Assembly (NCBI GenBank): GCA_951813565.1 | Contig: OX638351.1 | Coordinates: 2,016,001 to 2,080,000 of the forward strand | DNA from: an uncultured Poribacteria bacterium | GTDB taxonomy: Bacteria > Poribacteria > WGA-4E > WGA-3G | Length of the DNA: 64,000 nt | Reading direction: 5' to 3' | Program-made: the position numbers and the translations under genes | In this document: positions 41,501 to 50,137 of the stretch, piece by piece | Layout of the letters: the number at the start of each line of letters is the position of its first letter | How positions within the stretch are numbered: position 1 is the stretch's first letter | The notes under the pieces: generated by a model | The model's database searches: none | What the model saw: only the letters and a program-made list of their open reading frames with translations | What the model was told of the DNA's origin: nothing

Positions 41501-42651
41501 ACGTTGTTACTTCCCAACCCTTCTAAATAAGTATGGTGCTTCCATGTCCCATGTTTGAAAGGTGGAAAACGGAAGTCAACATTCTTAAGTGTATTTTGTC
41601 TGTCAACAGAAACAATCTTGTTTGGATTTTCGCTATGTGCCTTCAAGGTGTGACAACGTAATTGATACTGTCCAGTTCTAAGATTGATGAATTTATATTT
41701 ACCTCTATTATCTGATAGGGTCGTTGCCTGTCTTTGACTGGAACCGTTTTTTTCGAGTAATAATGCTTCGACAACAACACCGACATGTGGCGTCCTATCA
41801 AGCTTCAACAGGGCCCCAGAGATGCTAACAGCCTTCTGTAACGTTAAGTTAATTTTCGCACGATCACCTGCAGAAAGTTGAACTCCCGTTTCCCAATTAC
41901 CCTTTTCCCCGTGGGTGGCTTGAATATCGTAGTGTCCACTTGCTGGGTAGACTGAAAACTGGTAAAAACCTTTGGTGTCGGTTTCTGTTTTGGCAATCAT
42001 GGTGCTGCCCTGCCATAGGTGCCCAGGGACATTAGATAAGGTGTTTCCCACCTCATCGGTTATAACACCTGCTACCACCGCACGTGTAGGTGGAAGAACA
42101 CGCGCTGCAAGCTCCCACTTCCCGAGTCCGTTTGAAACTTTCACCAGACAGCGATTTTTACCCGGACGCAATGAAACGGGGACCTTGTCTTCATCTACAA
42201 CGATTGGTCTCGAAACTCGCTGTATGTGTGCACTTTGACCGTTAAGAAAAACCGCAACCCCATCATCACTGCCGATGCGGATTTCACCATCACCGTCCTG
42301 ATCGCTTTCCAATAGACAGAACGCATAGCAGACTGCTACTTCATGTTTCCCAATTGCACGCTGCAGGTCAACGATGTTTCCTTCGGTACGGTATACCGTC
42401 CAGGTCAACGTTTCGCCTTCAGCAGTGGTCACTGTATCGCCGGGCTTGGGATTAGCAAGAGTCTCACCGTTAGCTGACGCGAGGAAATCGGTCTGCAAAT
42501 CTTCTGGGAAGAAGGGACCCAACACCAGCCATTCTTTGATAAAGGTGCCATCAACCGGATGAGTGGGGACATTATCTTGGGCGTGTGCAACAGCGACGGA
42601 GAGGCATAAGAAGATTAAGAGACTATATCGGACAGAAAAAAGGTTTCGCAT
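38593..42651 (-). CDS. Membrane sensor: extracellular domains, two-component-regulator propeller repeats, Y_Y_Y, TM, PP2C/SpoIIE phosphatase
   Basis: About 14 I.QDRDG.LWFGT repeats; SGDFFD, ADVTGKG, FSDGITE, DDMTIVV. Confidence 0.92.
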   Translation of the reverse strand: MRNLFSVRYSLLIFLCLSVAVAHAQDNVPTHPVDGTFIKEWLVLGPFFPEDLQTDFLASANGETLANPKPGDTVTTAEGETLTWTVYRTEGNIVDLQRAIGKHEVAVCYAFCLLESDQDGDGEIRIGSDDGVAVFLNGQSAHIQRVSRPIVVDEDKVPVSLRPGKNRCLVKVSNGLGKWELAARVLPPTRAVVAGVITDEVGNTLSNVPGHLWQGSTMIAKTETDTKGFYQFSVYPASGHYDIQATHGEKGNWETGVQLSAGDRAKINLTLQKAVSISGALLKLDRTPHVGVVVEALLLEKNGSSQRQATTLSDNRGKYKFINLRTGQYQLRCHTLKAHSENPNKIVSVDRQNTLKNVDFRFPPFKHGTWKHHTYLEGLGSNNVRSIYQDRDGFLWFGTRNGGVSRYDGEAFVNFTTDDGLAHNTVLSIYQDRDGFLWFGTDNGISQYDGKKFINFTTDDGLAANDVWAIHQDRDGHLWFGTLKNGVSRYNGEAFVNFTTDDGLITDSILSIYQDRDGFLWFGTLEGLSRYDGDQFVNFTTNEGLAHNFVQSIHQDQDGLLWFGTDGGVSQYDGNQFVNLTTRDGLVSDLVETIHQDRDGFLWFGTRDNGVSRYDGEKIVNFTTNDGLATNSVLSILQDREGFFWISSLSEGLSQYDNSGLINFTTADGLAGNTVSTIFQDRDGLLWFGTDNGISQYDGKKFINFTTDDGLVHNSVRSIFQDLEGSLWFGTDGGGSQYNGDQFVNFDDRFFNSMTNGGFSFGTVLTFYQDRDGFLWFGTYNNGVYRYDGNQFVNFTTHDGLVQNVVSSIYQDRDGSLWFGTIGGGIYRYDDNEFVNFTTTDGLASNSVLAIHEDRDGFLWFGTIRGGVSRYDGEKFVNFTTNDGLAQNDVSSIYQDREGSLWFGTQGGVSRYDGTSWTSLDTRDGLINNRVLGISQDSDGRFWFGTLEGVTQYNLNRVPPRVRIVSVQSHKTPPQMSSPETIKDIATDTLVTIKYSSIDFKTAKGKRQYQVRIKEIDSDWRKPTRSDTFNISFDKPGTYTFEVVAIDRDLNYSTPASLMLTVVLPWHQSGWLLYLFGGAIVVLLSLCGIFAYRYYHQRQQVLAYQREAVSELADAQEMQMGLIPQTAPEVPGFEIAGVCISARAVSGDFFDYVPLGNGALAVVLADVTGKGMKGAMNAVLSSGALHSVAQLELSPSQMLWALNQNLYPRLQRYTNCAMGILTIDPTDKTFKYANAGIPYPIIKRGEGDVEEISIDGLPLGAFKSSEYEETPPIELKSGNTIILFSDGITEASQSNNFDQLYMETDRLTHLIKGLDKTMNAEAVIDAITNDVRDFSGDAQQNDDMTIVVIKAL

Positions 42652-42891
42652 CTGTTCTCTGAGTAAACTTGCTGTGATTACTAATGTGTGATTATTAATG
42701 ATAGAATTGGGATTGGAAAACTAAAAACTACAAGTCACTGAAACATGCATCGCTACAATAAATGATAGCACATTTAGTAAAGAGAATCAAATCAGAATAA
42801 GGTGTGTTTTATCTGTAACCGTAACGCGTTGTATAGGATCAATCTCTGAGTGGCGACTTCTCCTATACAACGCGCAATATTGCCCTAACAG

Positions 42892-44088
42892 TTAATCTTG
42901 AGAATGATGATCTTCTGGTTTCAAATAAACAATAACCATACCTACGAAGTTTAGTAAATAGAAAACGGCATCGTTTTTGGGTTCAATGAAATTGTCTTCC
43001 GTACGCTTCGCTAATGCAGCATCAATCAATATCTCCACAGTTTTCTCCATCTCATTTTCGGGAATGCCACATCCGTTTGCCAAGACAGCAACAGATTTCC
43101 TGCCTCCGACTAACTGCCTTAAAACAGCTACTACGATAGGGTTTGTGAAGTATTTCGCAAGATTCACGATTTCAGCATCTGGTGCTCTGGATAGGAAATT
43201 ATCAACACTATCCGTCCAGATTGAACCTCGCGTTGATGACTTACCAGAAGCTGTGCGGTATGCACCACCGTACCCCCATCTGATTACATCTTCGCCATCA
43301 GGGAGTTGAGTTAATCCTGCAAGCCTGTCATTTTTCTTTGAGTCCATAGATGCCTCAGATTTGGATGCAAGAACATTAATTTGCTCTTGCAAATCGACAA
43401 TTTGATGTAGCATATCTGCTAACTTCGCGTCAAGCTCGGATTCATTTCTCACTTCGTCTGCCATGCTAATTTCTCCTTTCAACTGTTGTTCGGAACGATG
43501 TTCCATTTCAATTGTAATATCTAATTCCTCTTGCATCATAAATCCGTACTTCTTTAATCGCTGGCGTGCGCGATATAGCCGACTCTTAATCGTATTTTCT
43601 GGTATTCCTAAGTACGTCCCTATCTCAGCAGTTGTCATCTCTTCAAAATAGTGGAGTGTGATTAACTCTCGGTCACTCTCTTTCAACTTCGTAAGCAGTT
43701 TTTTGATGATGTCGCGTTGTGCATACGCAGTAGCTTTTGCATGTTCGGAAGCGACGTGCCGAGAATAGGTATCTGTCTCTATTTTTGAGATATGCATCTC
43801 TTCCAGCGATTCAGGTAGAAGCCGATTTTTTCGGTACCAAGCGATACAAAGGTTTTTCACTATCGCATATAGCCACGTTGAAAACTTCGCTGGGTCTTTC
43901 AGGGTTTCTAATTTCTGATGGACTTCCAGAAAGGTCTCTTGGGTAATGTCTTCAGCGATATGGAAATCACCTATTTTCCGCACCACATACGCGTGAACCT
44001 GTTTCTCGTATTTGCTAACTAAATCAGCAAAAGCAGCCTCGTCACCTGCAAGGACACGTTGAATCAACGCAACATCGTCGCTTTTCAT
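42892..44088 (-). CDS. ECF sigma factor with C-terminal coiled-coil and winged-helix extension
   Basis: GDEAAFADLV, AEDITQETFL, FSTWLY, region 4 EIG..LG...TIKSRLYRARQRL; ~190-aa extension. Confidence 0.9.
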   Translation of the reverse strand: MKSDDVALIQRVLAGDEAAFADLVSKYEKQVHAYVVRKIGDFHIAEDITQETFLEVHQKLETLKDPAKFSTWLYAIVKNLCIAWYRKNRLLPESLEEMHISKIETDTYSRHVASEHAKATAYAQRDIIKKLLTKLKESDRELITLHYFEEMTTAEIGTYLGIPENTIKSRLYRARQRLKKYGFMMQEELDITIEMEHRSEQQLKGEISMADEVRNESELDAKLADMLHQIVDLQEQINVLASKSEASMDSKKNDRLAGLTQLPDGEDVIRWGYGGAYRTASGKSSTRGSIWTDSVDNFLSRAPDAEIVNLAKYFTNPIVVAVLRQLVGGRKSVAVLANGCGIPENEMEKTVEILIDAALAKRTEDNFIEPKNDAVFYLLNFVGMVIVYLKPEDHHSQD

Positions 44089-44202
44089 CTGACATCTCCA
44101 AAATAGATATTTTCATCAAGGGGAATTATAGGGTTTGCGCGTTTCTCGGATAGGACACTTATAAAGTGTGTTAAGAAACGCTAATCAATACACTCGCTAT
44201 AT

Positions 44203-44232
44203 AGTGACGCGAATTAGGCGGAAATAGTTGCA
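44203..44232 (-). promoter_or_regulatory. Putative ECF promoter TGCAAC-17-CGTC
   Basis: Same architecture upstream of the paralog. Confidence 0.65.
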
Positions 44233-44395
44233 TATATTTAAATTGAGGGTGGATTTAAGAGGGTATGGTTTGTCGTAGGGTTTGTTATAATGGAAGGATA
44301 GTAGATGGCGGGGCACAGAGACCCCGCCCTACAAATGATTTTTGAGATACGCTCTAATAACTCGTCTAAATGCTTTACGGATTACCGAACCGAGT

Positions 44396-45637
44396 TTAAT
44401 TTTCTGGTTTGATATGTCCGAGATGTACGATTGTCATACTCACAAAGTTTAGGAAAAAGGAAATCACATCGTTTTTTGGTGTAATGAGATTATCTTCCGT
44501 GCGTTTCGCTAATGTAGCGTCTACTACCGTCTGCACAGCTTTCTCTATCTCATCTTCTGAGATGCCACTCTCTTTTGCCAAATCCGCAATGGATTTACCA
44601 CCTTCCACCAACTGTCTTAAAACAGCGACTACGGTTGGATTGGTGAAGAGATTTGCGAAATTTACGATGTCAGCATCCGGTGCTTTGTTTAAGAAAATAT
44701 CAATGTTGTCCGCCCAATATGCGATGCGTGACTTGCCAGCATTGGACGCGGTCTTATATGCACCAACATAACCCCATGCTACCTGATTTTCAGCATCTGC
44801 GGGGAGTGTGCTTAATGTCTTAAGTGCATCACTTCGTTGTGAGCGGGGCGGACGCAACAAATCATCTTCAGAACGGCGAGTGTTTAGTTCCTCAACGATA
44901 GACTGCATCTGTTCACGGAGCTCACCAATCTCAACTCGCATCTCAGTAAGACTTCTCTGCATTTCTGCGGGATTCACCTCAACTTTGGTTTCATTTTTCG
45001 CTTCTTTTGCCATGCTAATTTCTCCTTTCAACTGGTGTTGGGAATGTTGTTCCCCTTCGATTGTAATGTCTAACACTTCTTGTATCAGGGGTTCATACTT
45101 TTTTAATCGTTGCCGCGCACGACGGATCCGACTTTTGGCGGTATTTTCTGATACGCCTAAATACGTACCTATCTCTGAAGATGTCATCTCCTCAAAGTAG
45201 TGGAGTGTAATAACTTCCCGATCGCTTTCTTTCAACTTCGCAAGCAATTTCTTGACGAGGTCGCGTTGCGCATCAGCATTAATTTGAGCGTGTTCTGCAG
45301 CGACATATCGGGAATACGCTTCTATCTCTATTTCTGATATGTCGGTTTCTTCCAGCGATTCCGTTTTTATCCGATTTTTTCGAAACCATGCGTTACAAAG
45401 GTTATTCACAATCGCATGAAGCCATCTTGAAAACTGCGTCGGGTCTTCTAACGTCTCCAGTTTCTGATACACTTGTAGGAAGGTTTCTTGCGTAACATCT
45501 TCGGCGATATGGAAATCTCCGGTTTTTCGCCATGCATGCGCATGAACTTGTTTCTGGTACTTTCCAATCAAACATGCAAAGGCATCTTCATCACCTGTAA
45601 GGATGCGTTGAATCAACGCAACGTCTTCGTTTTTCAC
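44396..45637 (-). CDS. ECF sigma factor with C-terminal extension (tandem paralog)
   Basis: Same motifs as 42892..44088; GTG start with GGAGG RBS. Confidence 0.9.
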   Translation of the reverse strand: MKNEDVALIQRILTGDEDAFACLIGKYQKQVHAHAWRKTGDFHIAEDVTQETFLQVYQKLETLEDPTQFSRWLHAIVNNLCNAWFRKNRIKTESLEETDISEIEIEAYSRYVAAEHAQINADAQRDLVKKLLAKLKESDREVITLHYFEEMTSSEIGTYLGVSENTAKSRIRRARQRLKKYEPLIQEVLDITIEGEQHSQHQLKGEISMAKEAKNETKVEVNPAEMQRSLTEMRVEIGELREQMQSIVEELNTRRSEDDLLRPPRSQRSDALKTLSTLPADAENQVAWGYVGAYKTASNAGKSRIAYWADNIDIFLNKAPDADIVNFANLFTNPTVVAVLRQLVEGGKSIADLAKESGISEDEIEKAVQTVVDATLAKRTEDNLITPKNDVISFFLNFVSMTIVHLGHIKPEN

Positions 45638-45684
45638 TAACAGCCTCCAGAAGCGTCCCTTTACTCACTCATATATATATATAT

Positions 45685-45714
45685 AATGACGCGAGTTATA
45701 AGAAAAAAGGTGCA
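45685..45714 (-). promoter_or_regulatory. Putative ECF promoter TGCACC-17-CGTC
   Basis: Matches 44203-44232; followed by (TA)7 run. Confidence 0.65.
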
Positions 45715-45746
45715 TAATTCGGAATAAGTTGTATTGTGAAATTAAC

Positions 45747-45775
45747 TTGACACATTCTATTCCTTCCCATATAAT
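45747..45775 (+). promoter_or_regulatory. Consensus sigma70 promoter
   Basis: TTGACA-17-TATAAT. Confidence 0.8.
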
Positions 45776-45816
45776 CTATCAACACAATTCAACAAACATA
45801 GCGGAGGAATCTGCCG

Positions 45817-47025
45817 ATGGCGAAAACAGTTTGCGTTGTCGGAACAATGGATACCAAAGGTGAAGAATTTGCCTTTATCACAGATCACATAGAATATAGT
45901 GAAGTGTCAACGTGTGTTGTTGATACAGGAATCTTGGGAGAACCGTTGTTCATACCTGATGTTTCTGCTGATGAAGTTGCACAAGCTGCTGGTTCGTCGC
46001 TAAAAGCATTGCGAGATGAAGGGGACCGGGGCAATAGTGTCGCTGTAATGGCACAAGGTGCAGCAACGCTTATCGCAGGGAAACATGCTGCAGGAGAAAT
46101 TGATGGCATCATCTCACTCGGAGGTTCTGCGGGGACGACCATCGGAACAACAGTGATGCAGGCGTTACCTGTGGGAGTCCCGAAACTGATGGTATCAACG
46201 CTCGCATCAGGTGATACAAGTCCGTATGTGCAGTCCAAAGATATATGTATGATGTATTCTGTCGTTGATATTTCAGGTATCAATCGCCTGTCACGACAGA
46301 TACTCACTAACGCTGCGAGGGCAGTCGTTGGAATGGTAACCGCAGCAGCACCAGAGGCAACAGATGATAAACCCCTAATCGCTGCGACAATGTTCGGTGT
46401 CACGACCCCGTGCGTCACAAAAGCGCGTGAAATCCTTGAAGCTGCTGGCTACGAAGTCCTCGTTTTTCACGCAACAGGCACAGGTGGACGTGCAATGGAA
46501 GACCTTGTCAAAGGTGGATTCCTTGCCGGTGTGTTAGACGTAACAACGACAGAACTTGCAGACGAATTGGTGGGTGGAATTCTCAGTGCTGGTCCCGAAC
46601 GGTTGGAAGCTGCAGGACAAGCGGGTTTGCCTCAAGTTATTGCACCCGGTGCCTTGGATATGGTAAACTTCGGTCCTCCTGATACTGTGCCAGAGAAGTT
46701 TAGCAAACGACATTTCTATCAGCACAATCCGACGGTCACACTCATGCGGACAACCCCTGAAGAAACTGCTGAGTTAGGAAAAATCATGGCACACAAACTC
46801 AGTGAAGCGAATGGACCTACAACCGTCCTTGTTCCGACACAAGGTGTCTCTGCTATTGATAAAACAGGTCAACCTTTCGATTCACCCGAAGCGCGAGATG
46901 CGTGGCGAGAAAATCTAAAGGCACACATCGCGGACAATGTTACAGTCATTGAAATGGACGTTCACATCAACGATGACGAATTCGCGACAAAACTTGCAGA
47001 AACGTTGTTGGATAGCCTGAAATAA
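45817..47025 (+). CDS. Tm-1-like ATP-binding protein (UPF0261)
   Basis: GTMDTKGEE, GGSAGT, ATMFGVTTPCV, FHATGTGG, HNPTVTLMRT. Confidence 0.92.
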   Translation: MAKTVCVVGTMDTKGEEFAFITDHIEYSEVSTCVVDTGILGEPLFIPDVSADEVAQAAGSSLKALRDEGDRGNSVAVMAQGAATLIAGKHAAGEIDGIISLGGSAGTTIGTTVMQALPVGVPKLMVSTLASGDTSPYVQSKDICMMYSVVDISGINRLSRQILTNAARAVVGMVTAAAPEATDDKPLIAATMFGVTTPCVTKAREILEAAGYEVLVFHATGTGGRAMEDLVKGGFLAGVLDVTTTELADELVGGILSAGPERLEAAGQAGLPQVIAPGALDMVNFGPPDTVPEKFSKRHFYQHNPTVTLMRTTPEETAELGKIMAHKLSEANGPTTVLVPTQGVSAIDKTGQPFDSPEARDAWRENLKAHIADNVTVIEMDVHINDDEFATKLAETLLDSLK

Positions 47026-47035
47026 GAGGATATAG

Positions 47036-47926
47036 ATGCCAAAAACTTACCAAACACTTACAGAATCGGATGTAGACCATTTTGTTGAAAAGGGACATGT
47101 AGTCCTGAAAAACTGCTTTTCGCGCGAATTAGCAGCAGAGTGGCAAGCATTTGCTTTCAAACGTCTCGGTTATGATCCTGATAAACCCGCAACTTGGAAA
47201 GAGCCGCGCATCCATCTGCCTTCAATGAATCGTATGCCGATCCGAGAAATCGCGCCGAGGGCATGGGATGCTATCTGTGACCTGCTCGGTGGTGAAAATA
47301 GGATTGCCAATACAGAACCTTCTTGGGGCGATGGATTTATTATCAACTTTAAATTAGGTGCAGATACAGAATGGCAACCCCCTGAGTCTCACTTCTCCGG
47401 TTGGCATAAGGATGGCGATTTCTTCAGACACTTCTTGGATAGTCCTGAGCAGGGATTGCTTACCATCGTTGTCTGGTCAGATATTTATCCAAAAAGTGGT
47501 GGCACTTATGTTGCTTGCGATTCGGTGCAACATGTGGCTCAGCATTTGTCCGCACATCCAGAGGGTTTGCTACCGGGACAAGGTTTTGGTCAGTTGTATC
47601 AAAAGTGTAAGGACTTTGTGGAAATTACAGGAAATGCAGGGGACGTTGTTCTCCTACACCCGTTCATCTTGCATTCAGCATCCCAAAATCCATCGGGACG
47701 CGCCCGTTTCATCACAAATCCACCGGTTGCACTCAAAAAACCGATGAATTTCAATCGTGAGAACCCAGACGATTTCTCACCAATAGAATTGGCTGTTTTA
47801 CGTGGATTGGGTAAAGACCGCTTAGATTTCAAACCGACAGCACCGCGTGAAAGGTTGGTCCCGGAACGTATTAAACGTCAACAGAAGATGTTAGAAGAAC
47901 AGAAAAAACGGCTTGCGGCGGGATAA
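47036..47926 (+). CDS. PhyH-like Fe(II)/2-oxoglutarate dioxygenase
   Basis: WHKDGD, GDVVLLHPFILHSAS. Confidence 0.8.
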   Translation: MPKTYQTLTESDVDHFVEKGHVVLKNCFSRELAAEWQAFAFKRLGYDPDKPATWKEPRIHLPSMNRMPIREIAPRAWDAICDLLGGENRIANTEPSWGDGFIINFKLGADTEWQPPESHFSGWHKDGDFFRHFLDSPEQGLLTIVVWSDIYPKSGGTYVACDSVQHVAQHLSAHPEGLLPGQGFGQLYQKCKDFVEITGNAGDVVLLHPFILHSASQNPSGRARFITNPPVALKKPMNFNRENPDDFSPIELAVLRGLGKDRLDFKPTAPRERLVPERIKRQQKMLEEQKKRLAAG

Positions 47927-47936
47927 ACTGGACTTT

Positions 47937-48317
47937 TCAAGGATTTACAATACGTTGTTGTTTGAGTTTTTCCGAGTCTGCTATGAGTGCTGCTTGGATC
48001 TTCTTCTCTTGGATCTTCTTCTCTTGTAAGCGAACCTTCCTTTTATACCATGCGGTAATGCGTTGCGGGATAATCACTGCTACTGCAATTATAGCAATTA
48101 ACCATATGATATCTTCAAAACTGTCAAGTTTGCCTCGTACCCGTGCAACTTCTCTTTTAACAGATGCTATCTCTGTGTTAATTGGCGTAATTTCCTTCTC
48201 AATTTCTTCTTTGATAACCTTTCGAATCTCATTAAGGTCTTGCTGCGTCAAATCGGCGAAAGATGGCATAGCAAGAGCAAACAAGCAAACTGAGAAGCAG
48301 AGAATATATTTCGACAT
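47937..48317 (-). CDS. Small exported/membrane coiled-coil protein
   Basis: Signal peptide, coiled coil, one TM; 15-bp tandem repeat 47993-48026 gives QEKKI x2. Confidence 0.7.
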   Translation of the reverse strand: MSKYILCFSVCLFALAMPSFADLTQQDLNEIRKVIKEEIEKEITPINTEIASVKREVARVRGKLDSFEDIIWLIAIIAVAVIIPQRITAWYKRKVRLQEKKIQEKKIQAALIADSEKLKQQRIVNP

Positions 48318-48373
48318 CGTTTAACTCCTTCCAAATAGTAAATCATATTTGTACTTGTTTGTCAACAATATCT

Positions 48374-49447
48374 TTATCTCTTTTCCGCTTCTAATTGCGC
48401 TTTTTGCCAGCCATAATCCACATTACCATCATAAAATTTGTCGGGATGTTCAACTGCCCAAATCTGCTTGTGAATAATCCAATTTTTAGGATCCAATGCC
48501 AGTGCTTTTCGCCATTCTGCCATTGCCTCTGTCTTTTTTCCTATTTCTAACAGTGTAAGTCCAAGTTGAAACCGCGCATTCGCCTCAATGACCTGTGGAT
48601 TTTGCGATTTGTTCAGCGGTTTTAAATTACGAAGAAGGGTTGCATTATAGGTAGGATCCGATAACCAATTTTCCAACATCAAAATAGTATCTTTGTTAGA
48701 AACGTTTATGTTGAAAGGAGATTTGACCATCCGTCCTGCTGCGTCAATCATAACGCCGTAGGGAATCGCTTTGAGATTATACCGATTGCCCAATATATTC
48801 TGTGAATCGACGAGCGTGACGAATTCAGCATTAGCCTTATCGTGCCATGGTTGCACTACAGACGCACCCTGTGCATCAATTGCAATGGAGACAAGGTTTA
48901 ACTTATCGCTGTGTTTCGCGTAAAATTTCTGCCATCCTGGCAGTTGTCCACGGCATGCTCACCATGAACCCCAGATATAGAGGAGCGTTTTCTGTCCACG
49001 GAAATCCTGCAAACGTCTTGGCGTCCCGTCGAGGTCGGGTAACGTAAATTTAGGGGCAAGTTGTTCCGGCCGTACGACCTCTAATTCAGTTTCCGAGACT
49101 TTGTAGATTTCAAATCCGAACTGCTCAGTGATACTTTTAATTTTAGCGTAAGTAACACCATCAATGTTGAATGCGCTCTCACCAAATTGCAGCGGAACAC
49201 ACAGATCCGATTCTCCAACGCCGCAAATAACCGCCATCTCTCCACCATCTGGGAATTCAACCTTTAATCCTAACTGTTTGCAGAAAGACTCTAATGGCAC
49301 TAACCATGAACCATTTTTGAATATAGGTGATGAGGCAAATGTGACGGGTTGATTATCAATTGAAATTTGAAGTTTTTTGACAGGTGCTGCATGCAATCCT
49401 GTCGCAAAAGGCAGCAGGACACAGGTCGTAAGTATTAGTTTCATCAT
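48374..49447 (-). CDS. Exported TlpA/ResA-like thioredoxin-fold selenoprotein (UxxC) with C-terminal TPR, 357 aa
   Basis: ORFs 48959..49447 and 48374..48856 are in frame; in-frame TGA gives WGSW-U-AC-RGQLP at the CxxC position; SECIS-like hairpin downstream. Confidence 0.85.
48929..48943 (-). promoter_or_regulatory. Candidate bacterial SECIS hairpin
   Basis: CTGCCA-GGA-TGGCAG beginning 15 nt 3' of the UGA, G-first loop. Confidence 0.65.
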
Positions 49448-49812
49448 GGCGTACTTTTCTCCCGATGTTGTGCATCGTAAATTAAAAATTCTATTATCTG
49501 TTCAGAAGTTTTAGGGGTAAGTCCGGAGCCTGGCTTTCGCATCATCTTACGCACATATTTTCGCCATTCTTCCGGTGTAAAGGTGGAATTAATCGGACGT
49601 GCAACGGTATGGCATCGACTACATTTCCGAGTAAACAACTCATAAAGCGTTTGCATCTTCTGTGGATATTCGGAAACATCAATATAGTTAGGTCCCTTAT
49701 CTGCGGGGTATGTTTTAGCGGCAGTGCGCGGTGCACGTAAGGCGAAAATCATTCCAATACCTACCAGAAGGATAACACCTAATACTACAATCCAAACAAT
49801 AGTCTGCTGCAT
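49444..49812 (-). CDS. Membrane-anchored monoheme c-type cytochrome
   Basis: N-terminal TM, CSRCH, distal Met (KMMRKPG); ATGA overlap with next gene. Confidence 0.85.
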   Translation of the reverse strand: MQQTIVWIVVLGVILLVGIGMIFALRAPRTAAKTYPADKGPNYIDVSEYPQKMQTLYELFTRKCSRCHTVARPINSTFTPEEWRKYVRKMMRKPGSGLTPKTSEQIIEFLIYDAQHREKSTP

Positions 49813-49815
49813 CTC

Positions 49816-50100
49816 TTAGTGAACCCAAAAATCATTCTGTTGGTCTGAAATTTTAAAGCCAATACGATGGGCAGCTTGGAACCCTATCCGTAAACTGAAA
49901 ATGACAGCATCAGGTCGTTTAGCAAGTAGACGCATCATTGGAGATAAATCGTCAATATCAATTTCATAGTCCCCGGTTTCAATGTCCACAGATAAGAACT
50001 TTCCCTTGTGTTCCGACTCAACCTTAGCCTGAATCTGCTGTTGATAAATCTCTTTGCCGCGGGTAGCAACAACTTCGGAGATATAATCGGTGCGCGGCAT
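49816..50100 (-). CDS. Small conserved hypothetical protein (DUF5678-like)
   Basis: RGKEIY...HKGKFLSVDIETGDYEID; RBS AAGGA. Confidence 0.65.
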   Translation of the reverse strand: MPRTDYISEVVATRGKEIYQQQIQAKVESEHKGKFLSVDIETGDYEIDIDDLSPMMRLLAKRPDAVIFSLRIGFQAAHRIGFKISDQQNDFWVH

Positions 50101-50137
50101 AATGATTTCCTTTATTGTAGTGTTTGGATTGAACTCT

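Noticed and set aside
48959..48961. TGA as a simple nonsense mutation
   Set aside because: It falls exactly on the redox Cys column, has a SECIS-like hairpin, and the rest of the frame is intact; Sec is more parsimonious though unproven
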